Shown in pieces: positions 50,596 to 63,570 of a DNA stretch of 64,000 nucleotides. Made by a program: the position numbers and the translations under genes. The stretch comes from Heterodontus francisci (lineage: Eukaryota), in the NCBI RefSeq assembly GCF_036365525.1, contig NC_090404.1:6944001-7008000 (forward strand), written 5' to 3'. Numbering within the stretch: position 1 is the stretch's first letter; each line of letters begins with the position of its first letter. The notes beneath the pieces are model-generated. The model did not search any database. It was not told the origin of the DNA and was given only the letters and a program-made list of their open reading frames with translations.

Positions 50596-52194
50596 GCTAA
50601 TTAAAATACAGAACAGGGAGGAATAGGTAAATGGAACTCCAGGAATTCAACAGTTCAACTTCCAATGTAGATACAGTGTTCAATCTGACAGAGTCCGGGC
50701 CTTTCAGGCATTCCCCCAGAATGTACAGTACGGACAGCAGTGCAGGAACTGACTGTGGGCACGACCTTAAATCAAGCACCAGAATATCTCTGCCATTCGG
50801 GGAATTGTACTGTATCTTTCAACCATTTAGTAGGTAACCCAGAACTTCACAATAATCCAAAGGCTATGTGGACAAAGTGGGTCATTTTCTGCATAAGAAA
50901 CTTCCGTGGAATGTGAATTGTTAAACAATTGATAGATTGAGAAACATCAATCGATTGAGAGTCGTGAAAGGCTTTGGAATCATTGATACATCGAGAGTCA
51001 TCAATCGGTTGCAAGTTATCGATTGTTTCAGAAAGTTGGTTGTTGTGGATCGATCAATAGATTGGAAAAAATCAATGAATTTAGGTACATCTAATGTTTG
51101 GGAAACACGATGAAGGACACAAATATTGAGAAATATCATTTGTTTTGAATATGCAACTCGGTTGACAGCACCCCCTCCCCCCAACCCCACCATAAAATAG
51201 GGAAATACCTATTAATTCAGAAATGTCTCTCTGTCTATCTGTTTCTGTTAGTTAGCGCAGAGACAGTTTGTTACTCCTGATAATGGGGAATTGAGGGGGT
51301 ATGGGAATTGTGCACAAACCTGATTAATAATGCTCGATTCTGGGACACAAACTCTTATACTAGGGGGAGGGGTCAATCGGGAATCGATCAACTCAGTGCC
51401 ATTCCCCTAAAAAACGTCACAAATTGCACCTCGATATTAATAATTCATTTTGCACGGCCTTGGAACATTCGAAAAGAGTGTCAAAGTATAAAATCAGAGC
51501 ACAAATGCGTGTGGAGAAGTGATTACAGAATATTGACATACTGGCATGTTATTGGAGGCTTTATCTCCGGCAGCAGTTTCCTCCAACACCAAAGAAGTCT
51601 AAGACAGAAGTGCAACCAGTTGTGAAGCAGGATTCTGCATTAACCTCATGCTATAGAGCACTGGCCTTATAATCATGGTCAATATTGTGATTGGAATCAC
51701 CATATTCAGCAACGTCGCAGACGCAGCTCTGTCCAGCTGATGCACCATGTCCACTCTAACCATATGTATCCATCTGCTCATGTTTCTTATGGTCTTTGTG
51801 ATTGACAAGGGAGTCAAGTGTTAACGGAGGCAAACAGGAAAGTGGAGTTGAGGTCACAATCAGATCAGCCATGAACTTATTGAATGGAAGAGCAGGCTGG
51901 AGGCGCCGAATGGCCTAAGCCTGCCCCTATTCCTTATGCTGTTATCACATCAAACTGAGCACATCTCACTGAAGTACTGAATTCACACGTGCAATTCGTG
52001 AAGAATTCATTCAGTACATGAATGGACTGAATGGAGAGCCTCTGGGAAGTGTGTTTAAAGGAGTTGGGGACGTTTGAATTTGTGACCACGATGTGTAATA
52101 CCCACAGGATATATTTCACTGTAGCAATGATGTACAATGAATATAAGGCGGTAAATAAAGTTACAATTTATGCTCCTTCTATGTGGGACTGTGC

Positions 52195-52465
52195 TAGTCT
52201 CCTGTGTGGCGTTTGGAAAGTCTCCCTGTGATTGCGTGTGTTTTCGCCGGGTGCTCTGGTTTCCTCCCACAGCCAAAGACTTGCAGGTTGATAGGTAAAT
52301 TGGCCATTATAACTTGCCCCTAGTATACTACCTCGTGCAGGTGCTAGGGAAGGTGGGGATGTGGGAGGGTAATGGGATTAAAGGATTAGTATAAATGGGT
52401 GGTTGATGGTCGGCGTGGACTCGGTGGGCCGAAGGGCCTGTTTCAGTGCTATATCTCGAAATACA
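52195..52465 (+). mobile_element. 5'-truncated V-SINE (HE1-like), specific to cluster B
   Basis: GGGTGCTCTGGTTTCCTCCCACAGCCAAAGAC...GGGCCGAAGGGCCTGTTTCAGTGCT. Confidence 0.8.
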
Positions 52466-54697
52466 TTTTTCAAAAATTCATGTAGGGCAGTGGAAAAATG
52501 TATCTACTCGTTTGCTACATGTCTGCTGTGGTTGAAGTAATTCGGGTGAGTGCTTTGTTGTTCGTGAAAGGACCACATGTTCAGAAATATTGCAATAGTC
52601 CTTTCTCAACCCAGTCATAGTATCCCTCTGAGACGAAAATTCGCCATCAGCAGAGAAGGAACATCTGCACCACAGGGATACCTAAGGTTTCTCTTTGCGA
52701 ATTCAGCTCGTTAATTCCGGATAACCTAGGAATTCAAAATGATCTAGAAAATCAGGAAGGACTGAAGGCGTCAGACTGATACAAATGACATAAAGGGGCC
52801 GGTTCAGGTTAGGAATAATAGATCAGAAAGATGAGACAGCATCTTCCAGGCCCATCTCTCCATCCATCCATTCATTCTCCCATCTATGAATCCATCCATC
52901 AATCAATCTGTTCATCGGTCCTTTAAACAAAACGTTCAGACCTCCAACTATCCATGCATTCCAGCATCGCTGCATCTGTCCCTCTATCCGTGCAAGTCAG
53001 TATATTTATCTATTTCAGAAGGCATCCTCTCTCTGATGCCCTCTCTGTCTGTATACGTGTTTGTCTGTCTATCTATCTATCTGCATATCTGTTGCAATGT
53101 TATGATGTGCTGACAGATCCTCCAGTGCACTGTTGCAACTGACAGGGTGTCTAGAGTTTGGATGTATTTCATTTCCTGAGAGATGGCAACAGTTCACAGA
53201 GTTTAACAACTGATAAAAAATTGACTGCAGTATTGTTGCTGGGTAGATTTGTTTATGAATTGGCCTCATTCACAATGTTAACAGTTTGAAGTTGGCTTGC
53301 AGCCAAGCGGTCAGTAATGAGGAAACGGATCTTTGATTTAATGCACAGAATATCCAGATGCTTCCTGTAAATAATATTGGGTATTCGAGGCTCCCTGACA
53401 GTAGTTAGCTGGGTTGCTGCCAAATACTGTGTGGAGCAGATTAGCGTGAATAGAATGGACAAAAATGGAATTTAAACATTTAAACATTAACTTAATCAGC
53501 AGCGCTCTTTAAAAAAATGCATTTTACATGATATCACATCTAAAGAATGATCTTAGGTAAATGCAGTGCTCACATCACGATATAATGGGAGCTCAACATA
53601 ATAAATTGACCCAAATGTCAATTAAATATGATTCTAGATAATTAAGAACATTTATTTCGTACTGCATGAAGTCCTAGAGAGAGATTTTAATAACCCCACA
53701 TTGATATAAGTGGGACTAGCATAATAAATAAATAGATAGAATTGCCTTGAATCCGCTGCATTTCCTTGACTTTTCTCACAGAGGTGCGAATACATTCAAA
53801 CTAAAGACTCCTTTATTACTGATAACAGCTGCATAACGTACAGTTTACTTTCTGATGATTTCGATTGTCAAACTAGCCTTCTCGTAGCCAGGCAACTATT
53901 GGATAGAGAAATGCCCTGTTTGTGATCCGTTTCCACAGTAAATATTCTTGTGATATTCTGTAGCATAGCGTTGAGTCTTGATAACTGCGTTTCGGATACA
54001 AAAATATGTTGCACAGTCTGTCGCTCTTACAGTTATCTGCAATGATTTGGGTGCAGGGGGATAGATTTGCTGATCGACCTATCGGTTCTGATTCACTAGT
54101 TCCTGTTTTTCAAAAGCTGATCTGAATTTTACATGTCACTCCTTCATTATCAGGCAAGTCAACTTATTTTACAGGTAATTTTCAAATGGCTGGCTTAGGG
54201 TCATAGAATCAAAAGCAATTCTAGAAATACACAGAGAGAGAGAAAGACTTGTGTAATGTGAAGTGTTTCTATTCACTGTGGTCTTTTGTAGTGTAACTGC
54301 AGTCATTCACGCTGCAAATCGAATCACTTCTCTAATATCCCGCATTTTCTGCATAAAATTATTTAAAAAGAAAACATTATCGGGGATACTTTATTGCTAT
54401 AGATCGAAGGGTTGGATAGCAAGAGACAGAGCAACGAGCAGTCACTTTTGACGCCATTAATATAATTCAATCTGAAGCTTTGACATCCTTAGTGTAGTCT
54501 TGACGAAATAAAAGGGTTTAATTCACAGGCCACAATGCAATTATTTATTACTGAACGCATTCTCAACTGCAATATTTCCATTTAGTAACAAGTAACAGTT
54601 TGCATTCAAACCATACAGCCAAATACCTATCCCAAGAAAGAGATAAAACGTTCACATTTAATAATAACCCAGTCTAATGATATGAATCCATTCTTTT

Positions 54698-54795
54698 GGT
54701 GATGTGAAAAGTGGGACGTGGATACAGTCAAGGCCTCGGTCAGGGAATCGATAGGCGGCGCCTGGAACCTCGCCCCCTTCTGCCGGGTATTTAAA
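54698..54795 (+). promoter_or_regulatory. VH promoter, cluster B (TATTTAAA at 54788-54795)
   Basis: Mirror homolog of the cluster A promoter. Confidence 0.65.
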
Positions 54796-54886
54796 TGCCA
54801 TTCACTATCACTGCAATACAACAGTCCTGGAGCCAGTTTGCTCAGTGAGTTCTTGGCAGAACCATTTTCACCGAATTGCCAGAAGG

Positions 54887-54932
54887 ATGAGCTCGGCGAT
54901 TTCTCTCAGTCTGTTACTGGTTTTCTTATCCC
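54887..54932 (+). pseudogene. IGHV: VH leader exon, cluster B (MSSAISLSLLLVFLS)
   Basis: 46 nt with GTGAG donor. The exon itself is intact but belongs to a pseudogene cluster. Confidence 0.93.
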
Positions 54933-55059
54933 GTGAGTAAGTTTTATTGTCCGTTTCTCTCACTGTTACTGTCTCAGTGTTAGTCTCTCTCTGGAATGTT
55001 ACAGAGTCAGGAATTCTTTCACCAGGATTAATCCTCAGGGTTTTTGATATTTTTTACAG

Positions 55060-55390
55060 GTGTCCATTCGGATGTCGTGTTGACTCAGCCAGAGGCAGAG
55101 ACCGGGAAACCTGGAGGCTCCCTGAGACTGACCTGTAAAACTAGTGGATTCAATCTTGGCAACACCCGGATGTACTGGATATGACAGGTTCCCGGGCAGG
55201 GGCTGGAGTGGTTGGTTCACTACGATGCTTCATCCAGCAATAGTTACGCCCCAGAGATTAAGGATCGATTTACTGCGTCCAAAGACACTTCAAATAATAT
55301 CTTCGCTTTGGCCATGAAGAACCTGAAGACCGAAGGCACCGCCATCTATTACTGTGCAAGAAACATTACTACATTGGGTACACTGAGTGG
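55060..55390 (+). pseudogene. IGHV: Germline-joined V-D1-D2 exon, cluster B; in-frame stop at 55182-55184
   Basis: [43 protein letters not shown]...[10 protein letters not shown] runs directly into D1-like and D2-like sequence. No V RSS and no intersegment DNA are present. Confidence 0.95.
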
Positions 55391-55418
55391 CACAGCAGTT
55401 ACTGTCAATACAAAAACT
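55391..55418 (+). other. D2 3' 12-RSS, cluster B
   Basis: CACAGCA-GTTACTGTCAAT-ACAAAAACT, identical to the cluster A D2 3' RSS. Confidence 0.95.
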
Positions 55419-55723
55419 CCCTCAGCGCTAATTGAAGAGTCTGGGTCAGTGCTTGCTTTTACAATCCAACTATACATACAGTGAATTTCTATTTGTGTCC
55501 AGCACTGTCCTACTAGACGGTTTATTATGGATAAACTGATGAATTATTCATTCATCAGTTGGTGATTTCAATAATTGCTGATATGTTGCTGAGTGAAATA
55601 TAAAACATCAGGATAATGTACCAACAGTGAAAAGAATCATTAGCGCAGTTAGAATTTACAATTTTAATCTGGGATGTGGATGTTTAAAATAATGAGGGCT
55701 TTATCTCCATTCTGTGCAGAGCC

Positions 55724-55810
55724 AGTTATTGTGTCACCCTGCCCAGGGAATGTAACACTGTGACACCATGGACTACTGGGGACAAGGGACCATGGTGACG
55801 GTGACTGCAG
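55724..55810 (+). other. IGHJ: JH segment (55763-55810, TMDYWGQGTMVTVTA) with upstream 23-RSS, cluster B
   Basis: AGTTATTGT-23-CACTGTG, WGQG motif, GTAAG donor. Confidence 0.96.
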
Positions 55811-58800
55811 GTAAGGAGAAAGCTCTAAAAAAAAGCTCTCATTCAGTAACTGTTTTGTTTGTGTTTTATTTTATATTTCTGTCTATTTTAATGATGCATT
55901 GGTTCACTGAAATGTGGATTCGGTGGATTCTGTATTGAGATCTGTTGCAATGTTTTCTGTGATTCTGCTGCAAAGGGATGAAAGATTTTAATGGCTTCTC
56001 CAAATCGGTGTTGTTGAGGGTTTCAGTTCCTGATTGATGTGATTTGGTGTACATTTGCTGATGTGACTGTGTGTTTGGGCGACTTTAAATATCTAGTTGC
56101 TGTTAAACCTTATGACGTTTCTACATTGTTTAATCTCGATGACATCTAGCTGCTGCAGGTTTTCCGAACGAACACAAACAATAAGTTTGAAATATGTTTC
56201 AAATAAGTTTATAGGCTGAAAGTTTTAGAGGTCAAAAATAGCCTTACTATATTTTCATCTTTTACTGTTTGTGGTAATTTAAAAATTTTCATCTATCAAT
56301 CTACTGCTCACGAATGCTCATATGTGACACAATACATTTTGATGTAATTAAGTACTGCATAAATCACAAGTTTGCTGCTTTAGTCAGATTTACATGAATA
56401 TAACCTCATTTATTATAATGCAGTGATATGAGCCAATATCAATTAAAATGCTATAGCATCAATATTAATTTATGAAACATGTTCTTTGTACCAGTAATTC
56501 TGCTGCCATTGTTTTATATATCTCGTAATTCAGCGGCAGGCGGACTCGGCGGATTCTGCATTGAGATTTTTTTTTTTGCAGTTTTGTATTTGATTCTGCT
56601 GCAAGTGTTTGTGGAATTAAGCTGCTTCTCCATGAAAAGTACTGAGGCGGGATTCAGCCCCTCAGTGATGTGAGTTGGGTTTTACCTGCTGAGGAGAGTG
56701 TGTGTCTGTGTTCCAAAGGAAAATTTGTGAAGCTGGCGTTTCTGCTTTGTGACATTGAGCGGCTGTCGGATTTCTAATCGAATGGAGACATTTTACCTGT
56801 TCAAAACGAAAGGCAATTTTGTCAGGAAAACTGCCAGGTTTCAGAAATGAAAAAAAAACGCTTTAAGATTTTTCAAGGCATTTTTTAACTTTAATAACAG
56901 GTTTATCTATTAAACCATGGTTTGCGACGCTCTTTCAGTACGTGAAATGTTATTGCAAATACAAACTGCATACGCAGCAAGTTTGCAGATTGGAGAGTGA
57001 AATGAATGCAATTCAAATAATTATAATGCGACAATATCTCCACATATAAACCAAATATGCTTTAATATTAACATCGATTCATTATTCATTAAACTACTTT
57101 TACAATTCTGGCGTGCCACGCACATAATTACCATGACCAGAGCATTTTATGGGCTGGAGACAATTTTTAATTTATGCTTGAAATGATTGCAATAAGAGTG
57201 TACTTATTCCAGTGCTCTGTTCAGTTTGATGAGCGGTTTAGAATTAATTGTTATATTCCTGATTAAAACAGAGGAATGGCAGCTTGTATTTACTCATAAC
57301 TTAAATAGGAGTTGTAAATTGCAGTGTGTCTGTGCAATATATCTGTCTGGTTATTACATTCTTTGCGTGCAGCCCAAACTATGTTCTTCCTTAAATGTCA
57401 TTTGTTGTTGCATAGCGCGATAATTATCACTGATCTAATATTAACCATTTTCCTGAGACAAGAAGTCGCTGGCAGTCAACGAATTGTTCACATGATTTTA
57501 TTTAAATTGAAGAAACTTGCAGACTGCATCAGGCTAGAGCCAAACAAATAACACGTTGATGTTCAAGCAGATTCAATTAATTACACAAGGTTAATGTTAT
57601 TTTTGAATTCAATAACAGCATCTTGTCTCTTACAGCTGTCCGGCTCACAGGATAGAATTATAGGCAAAGGATAGTGTATACATGACAGTTATGCCTAATT
57701 GTTATTAAATATTAAATTGGTCAACAAAATCTCGGCTACATTTGAACATTAAATTTCAAATGTCGCAGATGATCTGAAGAATTGTTTTCGTCTATTTTAC
57801 AGTGATCGTTTTGGAGCTTCCTTCAACAAAAAAGCACAATATATTTAACAATTAATGTACAGGTATTGTCTGAACCACGGGAGTAAAATATAAAAACATT
57901 GTGTCATTAAATAGTGGCAGCACCGTCACTGATCGCAAACTGCCCAGATGTTTTTGATTTTTTTCTCATATGGTTAAGATTTATGACAATATTTAAACAC
58001 GAGAGTCCTGCTTTCACAAACAGGCGATATTACAGCCCATGGACAGTTAGTGAGATGTGACCCTGGACAGGCTTGAAACTATTTAAAATATTCCACTCTT
58101 AAATCCATCGTGTGAAATACACGCTGAGAATTGACGGAGTTTATGATATATCAACACATTCAGATACGTGTGCAGTTGCAAGGTTGTAGATAGAAAGCAG
58201 GGCGGGACTAAATTTATTGTTCATTTTAAATTATGGAACTATGATTCGAATTAAGTAAAAGTAATATATTTGTCTGAATAGTTTCATCTATTAATATGAA
58301 GTTTATTATTTAATATTGATTAAGGGTCATAATAATTTAATTAAAACCCCAATATTTCACAAGGTGCCAGGCAGAAACTGGTCTTGAATTAATATTAACT
58401 CATGTTTACAAACATAGTATTAAATCAGCTAACATGAAAATTAACCAAGAATATAATAATGCTGATTCATTAAACATAAATGACCTCCCACAATTGAATA
58501 GCATAATTGCCAAGAATCCAATGAGTGCAAAATCTCAAGGGCCGGAGAGAATTGTGAATTACATCTGAAAGTAATTTAGAGAACAATACATTTCTTACTT
58601 AGCTGTTCTCGGCTCGATAAGGTGTCACCACAGATTTTAATGAATTAACTTTGTGCATTGCTTCAAATCTTTTTGGTAACATTTAATTCTGAAATTGTAT
58701 CAAACCAGTGGATAATCGGTTTGCAAGTTAAACGTCTCTTGATTTTCTAAATTCTTTCTCTGTCACTGAGTTCCTGTTGCAGACATCAAATTTCCCTGAA

Positions 58801-61723
58801 TGTGAATTGTTTTGATGCACTCATTATAAGGGAAACTATATCTCACATATTTTCAAGATTGCAAACAGACAGCGAGAGACAGTTGAAGGTTGAAGGGAGC
58901 TTTTGAAATGAATATCAGTTTAATCTCAAAGAGTTTACAGACTTGGACTGATCACAATTTGATAATTGATAAATTAGACTCAAACAACTTAATTGAAATT
59001 GACAGACTGAACAGATCTGTCTGCTGAGAGCCTGATTCTTGCACCGTTTATGCCTATTCTGTTTCTGTGCACCTGCTCACTGTGTCAGGACGAGGCGTCC
59101 TCCCTGCAGGTTGGAAACAGTCTCGTTCGTTCTCTTGCATTTTAAGGAATGCAACTTGATCCATTTATTTCAGAAACTTGCACCTGTCAGAAACCTGAAA
59201 TTCTGACTTTAAGTTTGACAAGGCGCCTCAGCAATGAGATCAGTATTCCAGTCTGTGACAATCAGTAATAACTGTTCAGAGACACGACAGACGGACTGTG
59301 AAAGGACATTTGGTCAGTTGGTAATCTGTAATGCACCTCCCTTGCGTGAGTTTGATTTGGCAATGTAGAGGAAGATTTGCTGTATATTTAATCCATGTTA
59401 TAGCTGTCCTGGGATGATGAGATAGTGTAGAGGGAGCTTTATTTTATATTAAACCTGTCCTGTACCTGACCCAGAGTGACAGTGCAGTATGGAGGTGGCT
59501 TTCCACGGAATAAAGCACTTGCGATGTCTGACCTTACAGCTCATGATAGGGCCATATAGAGGGATCTTTGCAGCTTAACTGTCCTGAAACCTGACCTGAG
59601 AATGTTTTACGCACAGTGTTTAAGGAATCTCAACCTGCATCGAACTAATAAACTGTGAGTTCTCGACCCAGATATTTGAAAATAAATTGTTCCATTGCCC
59701 AGATTAAACAACGCACATTAATTGATTCTAACATTTATTCAAACCTAAATTTTAATGAATTAATAATTTTTAAACATGTTAAGTGTCTGATAATTATTGA
59801 ATGAGATTGGTCTGATTTTTAGCGCACTTTCAGAACAAACAGTTTCAGGAAGTGACAGCAACGCTCCAGAGAGCAGCGCCTGTTCTGATCTGATGGGAAG
59901 CTGGAAGTTCTTTTGGCGATTTAAATGGAGAAAAGTCGAGACTCCAGCTCCAAATAACCATCATGATAATCTCTTGTTTAAACCAGTATTTCGTTCAAGT
60001 ATGTTCAAAAGCGAATAGGCAGTGATAAACTCTGGTGAGATGTAGTTACTGTACTGGGTCACAGCAGAGGGTACAAAGCCGCTGAAGTAAGATTTTGTGA
60101 AACTTTTGAAGCGATACAGTTAGCCTGCAATCAATGTCAATCACAATAAGATTTAAGTCTCTGACAGTATCTGATTGACTCATTTGTATTAAATCCCTCA
60201 GATCCTCTTATTTTAAAAATCCTCTTTCATTGTAACAAGCAGTAAAATATATGTCACAGAGATATTCAAAATTATGAAGCCTTTCCTCCCATTAAATTGA
60301 TAAGAACTAATTCTACTGAGTCGGGTAGAATCATAGAATCTTCTCGCACGTAATGTGACCATTCAGCCTGTCATACCTGTGTTCACTCTCAAAGAGCTCT
60401 TCAATTTAATCTTACAAGCCAGCTTTTTCGTCATAACCATGCAAGTTAGACTGCTTCGAGGATATGTCCGGTTGCCTTGTGCACTCCAGATGCACTTGCA
60501 GGGAGCCTGCACGGACACGATGGGTCGAATGGCCTCGTTTTGTGCTGTAGCCATTCTATGGTTCTAAGAAAAACAGCCTCTGTCTAGAAAGATACCTCCT
60601 TCTGCAGCCACTACCCTGCCCACTGCCCACACTCCATTTGGTTTTGCCAATTATTTATTTTTGTTACTGACCCACTTGCCAGAGAAAACAATTTCTCCTT
60701 ATCTGCTATATCAAAACATCCCATAATTTTGAATGCACTTATTAGATAACCACTGAAGGAGAACAATTCGGCTTGTATAATCGCTGGTGTAGGTGTTTTG
60801 AATAATGAATGTTTTTTACAGAAATTCAGAAACCAATTTCCCCAGCTCAGTGAGTTGGTCTGTAGAGGGCACTGATTTAAAATCAGCGTCAAATGAATGA
60901 AGGAAGAGGGTGTGAATCTACGTTTCTACACAGGGGGTTGTTAGGATCTGGGATGTCCTATCAGAAAGAGAGTTTTAAACAGGATCCAAAATAGCCAGAT
61001 AAAATGGCACTTTTGAAAAGAAGATTAGGAATTGGAAGGTGAGCAGGATCGCTGGAGTGATCTTTCACAGGCTTGATGGACAGAATGGCCTCCTTCTCTG
61101 CATCATTTCTGTTATTTTATAATCCTGGGTCATGAACAGCCTAAAGATGCTCTATTGTCACTGCAGGTTTTCATGGGAAAATCATGGATTTACTTTGCCT
61201 GGTAGTGTAGTTTCATGTCTTAAGCTAATTTTATAAGCACGCATTGCAATGGCACTTTTTAAGAGTAGTCGCTATTTTGTGGGGGCGGGGGAGGGTGCTT
61301 GGGGTGGGGAGGGGGTGGAAGGGTGAGGGAACCCAGCAGTCAATTTTCAGAGAGCACATTTTCAAAAACTACAATTAACAAATACCTAGTGTTTTATTTT
61401 TGGACAAAGTCCTGTATGGATAGAAATGCATACTGTCTGAAATAGCGAAGAAACTCCTCTTTCAGTTTATGCCAATGAAAGGTACTTTATTGAGATGATT
61501 TCAAAAGGCTTTTACTTTAGTATTGTGACAGGTCCTGAAAGAGAGGTGTTATCCTGACCAGGCAACCGGCATGTGATGATCACCAAATGACGAACTGATG
61601 GAAGCTCAAAGGATTTAATGGGAAAATATTGGACTCTAGATGGTGTCAAATTCCGAGATGTCTGGTTATTTAATAATCATGAATCACAGAGTCCAACTTC
61701 TTCAATCTGCCATTCTTTCCCAG

Positions 61724-62020
61724 CGACACCGTCTCCCCCAACCCTTTACGGCCTATGCTCCTGTGCACAAGCCAACACCGGTGGCTCCGTGGCCTACGGC
61801 TGTTTGGCGATGGACTACATCCCCCAAATCACCAGCGTTTCCTGAAAGAAAGATAAAGAGCCGATCACCACTGGATTGAAGATTTACCCATCAGTGCTGA
61901 ACAAGAAGGGAACCTACACCTTGAGCAGCCAGTTAACAATCACCGAGTCAGAGGTGGGAAGCCGCAAAATCTACTTCGAGATTCGATGCAGAGAGTCGCT
62001 TTGGATCAAGGAAATTCCAG
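61724..62020 (+). pseudogene. IGHM: IgM CH1 exon, cluster B, inactivated
   Basis: Conserved Trp TGG>TGA at 61843-61845; second Ig Cys TGC>TTC at 61975-61977; splice sites intact. Confidence 0.94.
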
Positions 62021-62232
62021 GTTAGTGTTGTGGAAACTGTGGAAAAACATAAAAGCTATAGTGATCTTGTGTAGAGCTTTGGCTTTACGACATTTAGGGT
62101 ATTGTGCACTGTTCTGATGCCAGGAAACTCCAGTTAGTATCTGCGTGACAACAAATAACCTGTTAAAATAAAAGAACAGTTTGGATAAGTTATTAATGTC
62201 TTCGATAAATATCTAACATGTTTTTCTTCAAG

Positions 62233-62550
62233 ATTGCAAAGGTGACATCGTCCATCCAACTGTTATCCTCACCCAGAGTTCCAGCGAAGAAATCACAAGC
62301 AGCAGATTTGCAACTGTCTTGTGTTCAATCATCGATTTCCAGCCAGAGTCAATAACCGTGAGTTGGTTGAAGGATGGACAACCCACGGATTCGGGCTTCG
62401 CCACCTCTCCCGCCTGTGAAGTGAACGGGAACTTCTCGGCGACCAGTCGGCTGACAGTCCCGGCTGTGGGATGGTTCACCAACACGGTCTATACCTGCCA
62501 CGTCTCCCATCAAGAGGTCACCCAAAGCCGAAACATCACCGGATCTCAGG
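62233..62550 (+). pseudogene. IGHM: IgM CH2 exon, cluster B (frame open)
   Basis: [21 protein letters not shown]...[21 protein letters not shown]...[21 protein letters not shown]; AG acceptor and GTAAG donor. Confidence 0.93.
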
Positions 62551-62869
62551 GTAAGAGACACAAACCGAGAAAACTCCAGATCATTCTGTTCTCTGATGAA
62601 TAACAAATTGAACAATTTATTGGAGTTAGTACAAAGCACTGAATATTTTTCCAATTCGCCATCGTGCCTCATTCCGCTGTGAGTGCTGAATTAGAATTGC
62701 TCACGGTTCAACATGTCATCACATCACCAAAGAATGGCTCCCTCTGCTTTGATGTCAAATAGTGAGTCAGGTGGCCTTGCTTTCAGTTTTATCGTGATTT
62801 GACCGATCATATTCAGAGCGGCAATAGGTGTCTGGAACTCTTTACTGTTCACAACCTCGGGATCAAGTG

Positions 62870-63570
62870 CCAGAAAGAGCATCTTCCCTATTTAGAAAAC
62901 TGTGTTCAATTCAGGACTCATGAGCTCAGGAAGGATATATTGTCATTGGGAGTGATGCAACACAAATTGAGTAGAATGATAGCGGGGCTGAACGGGTTAA
63001 ATAAGAGGACAGGTTTCATTGACCAAACTGGTATTCCTTTGTGTACAGAAGATTAAAGGGTGATCTACTTGAGGTGTTTAAGATGTTTACTGGAGTTGAT
63101 GGAGTCGAAGGCATAAACTTCAAATTAGACTAAGGTCATTCAAGGATGATATCAGGAAAGTTATTCACACAGTGGGTAGCGGAAATCTGGAATTCTCTTC
63201 CTCAACTCGCTCTTGAAGTATGTCATCAATTCAAAATTTTCATGTCGAGATTGACAGTTTAAAGTTCGGCAAGGGTATTTTTATTTAGAGATACAGCACT
63301 GCAACAGGCCCTTCGGCACACCATGTCTGCGCCAACCAACAATCACCCTATTTATACTAACCCGTCATTCCCTACCACCTACCTACACTAGGCGCAATTT
63401 ACAATGGCCAGTTTACTTATCACCTGCAAGTTTTTGGCTGTGGGAGGAAATCGGAGCACCAACACATTCACAGGGAGAGCTGCCAAACTCCGCAAAGGTA
63501 GTGTCGAACCCAGAATCGAACCCACGTCGTTGGGACTGTGAGGCTGCGGAGCTAACCACGGTGCTATCGG
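62870..63570. mobile_element. Degraded plus-strand CR1 fragment with a minus-strand V-SINE (~63280-63570) in the CH2-CH3 intron
   Basis: LENCVQF...RKDI remnants; SINE body matches 2375-2679. Confidence 0.72.

Larger units (their letters stand above)
47304..62195 (+). repeat. Right arm of inverted segmental duplication
   Basis: Collinear with the left arm apart from arm-specific insertions and deletions. Confidence 0.88.

Noticed and set aside
55381-55418. Alternative RSS reading CACTGAG + 22 nt + ACAAAAACT, which would make cluster B a V-D1 join with a 22-RSS
   Set aside because: CACAGCA-12-ACAAAAACT and its downstream flank match the cluster A D2 3' side, and only a 12-RSS pairs with the 23-RSS J.
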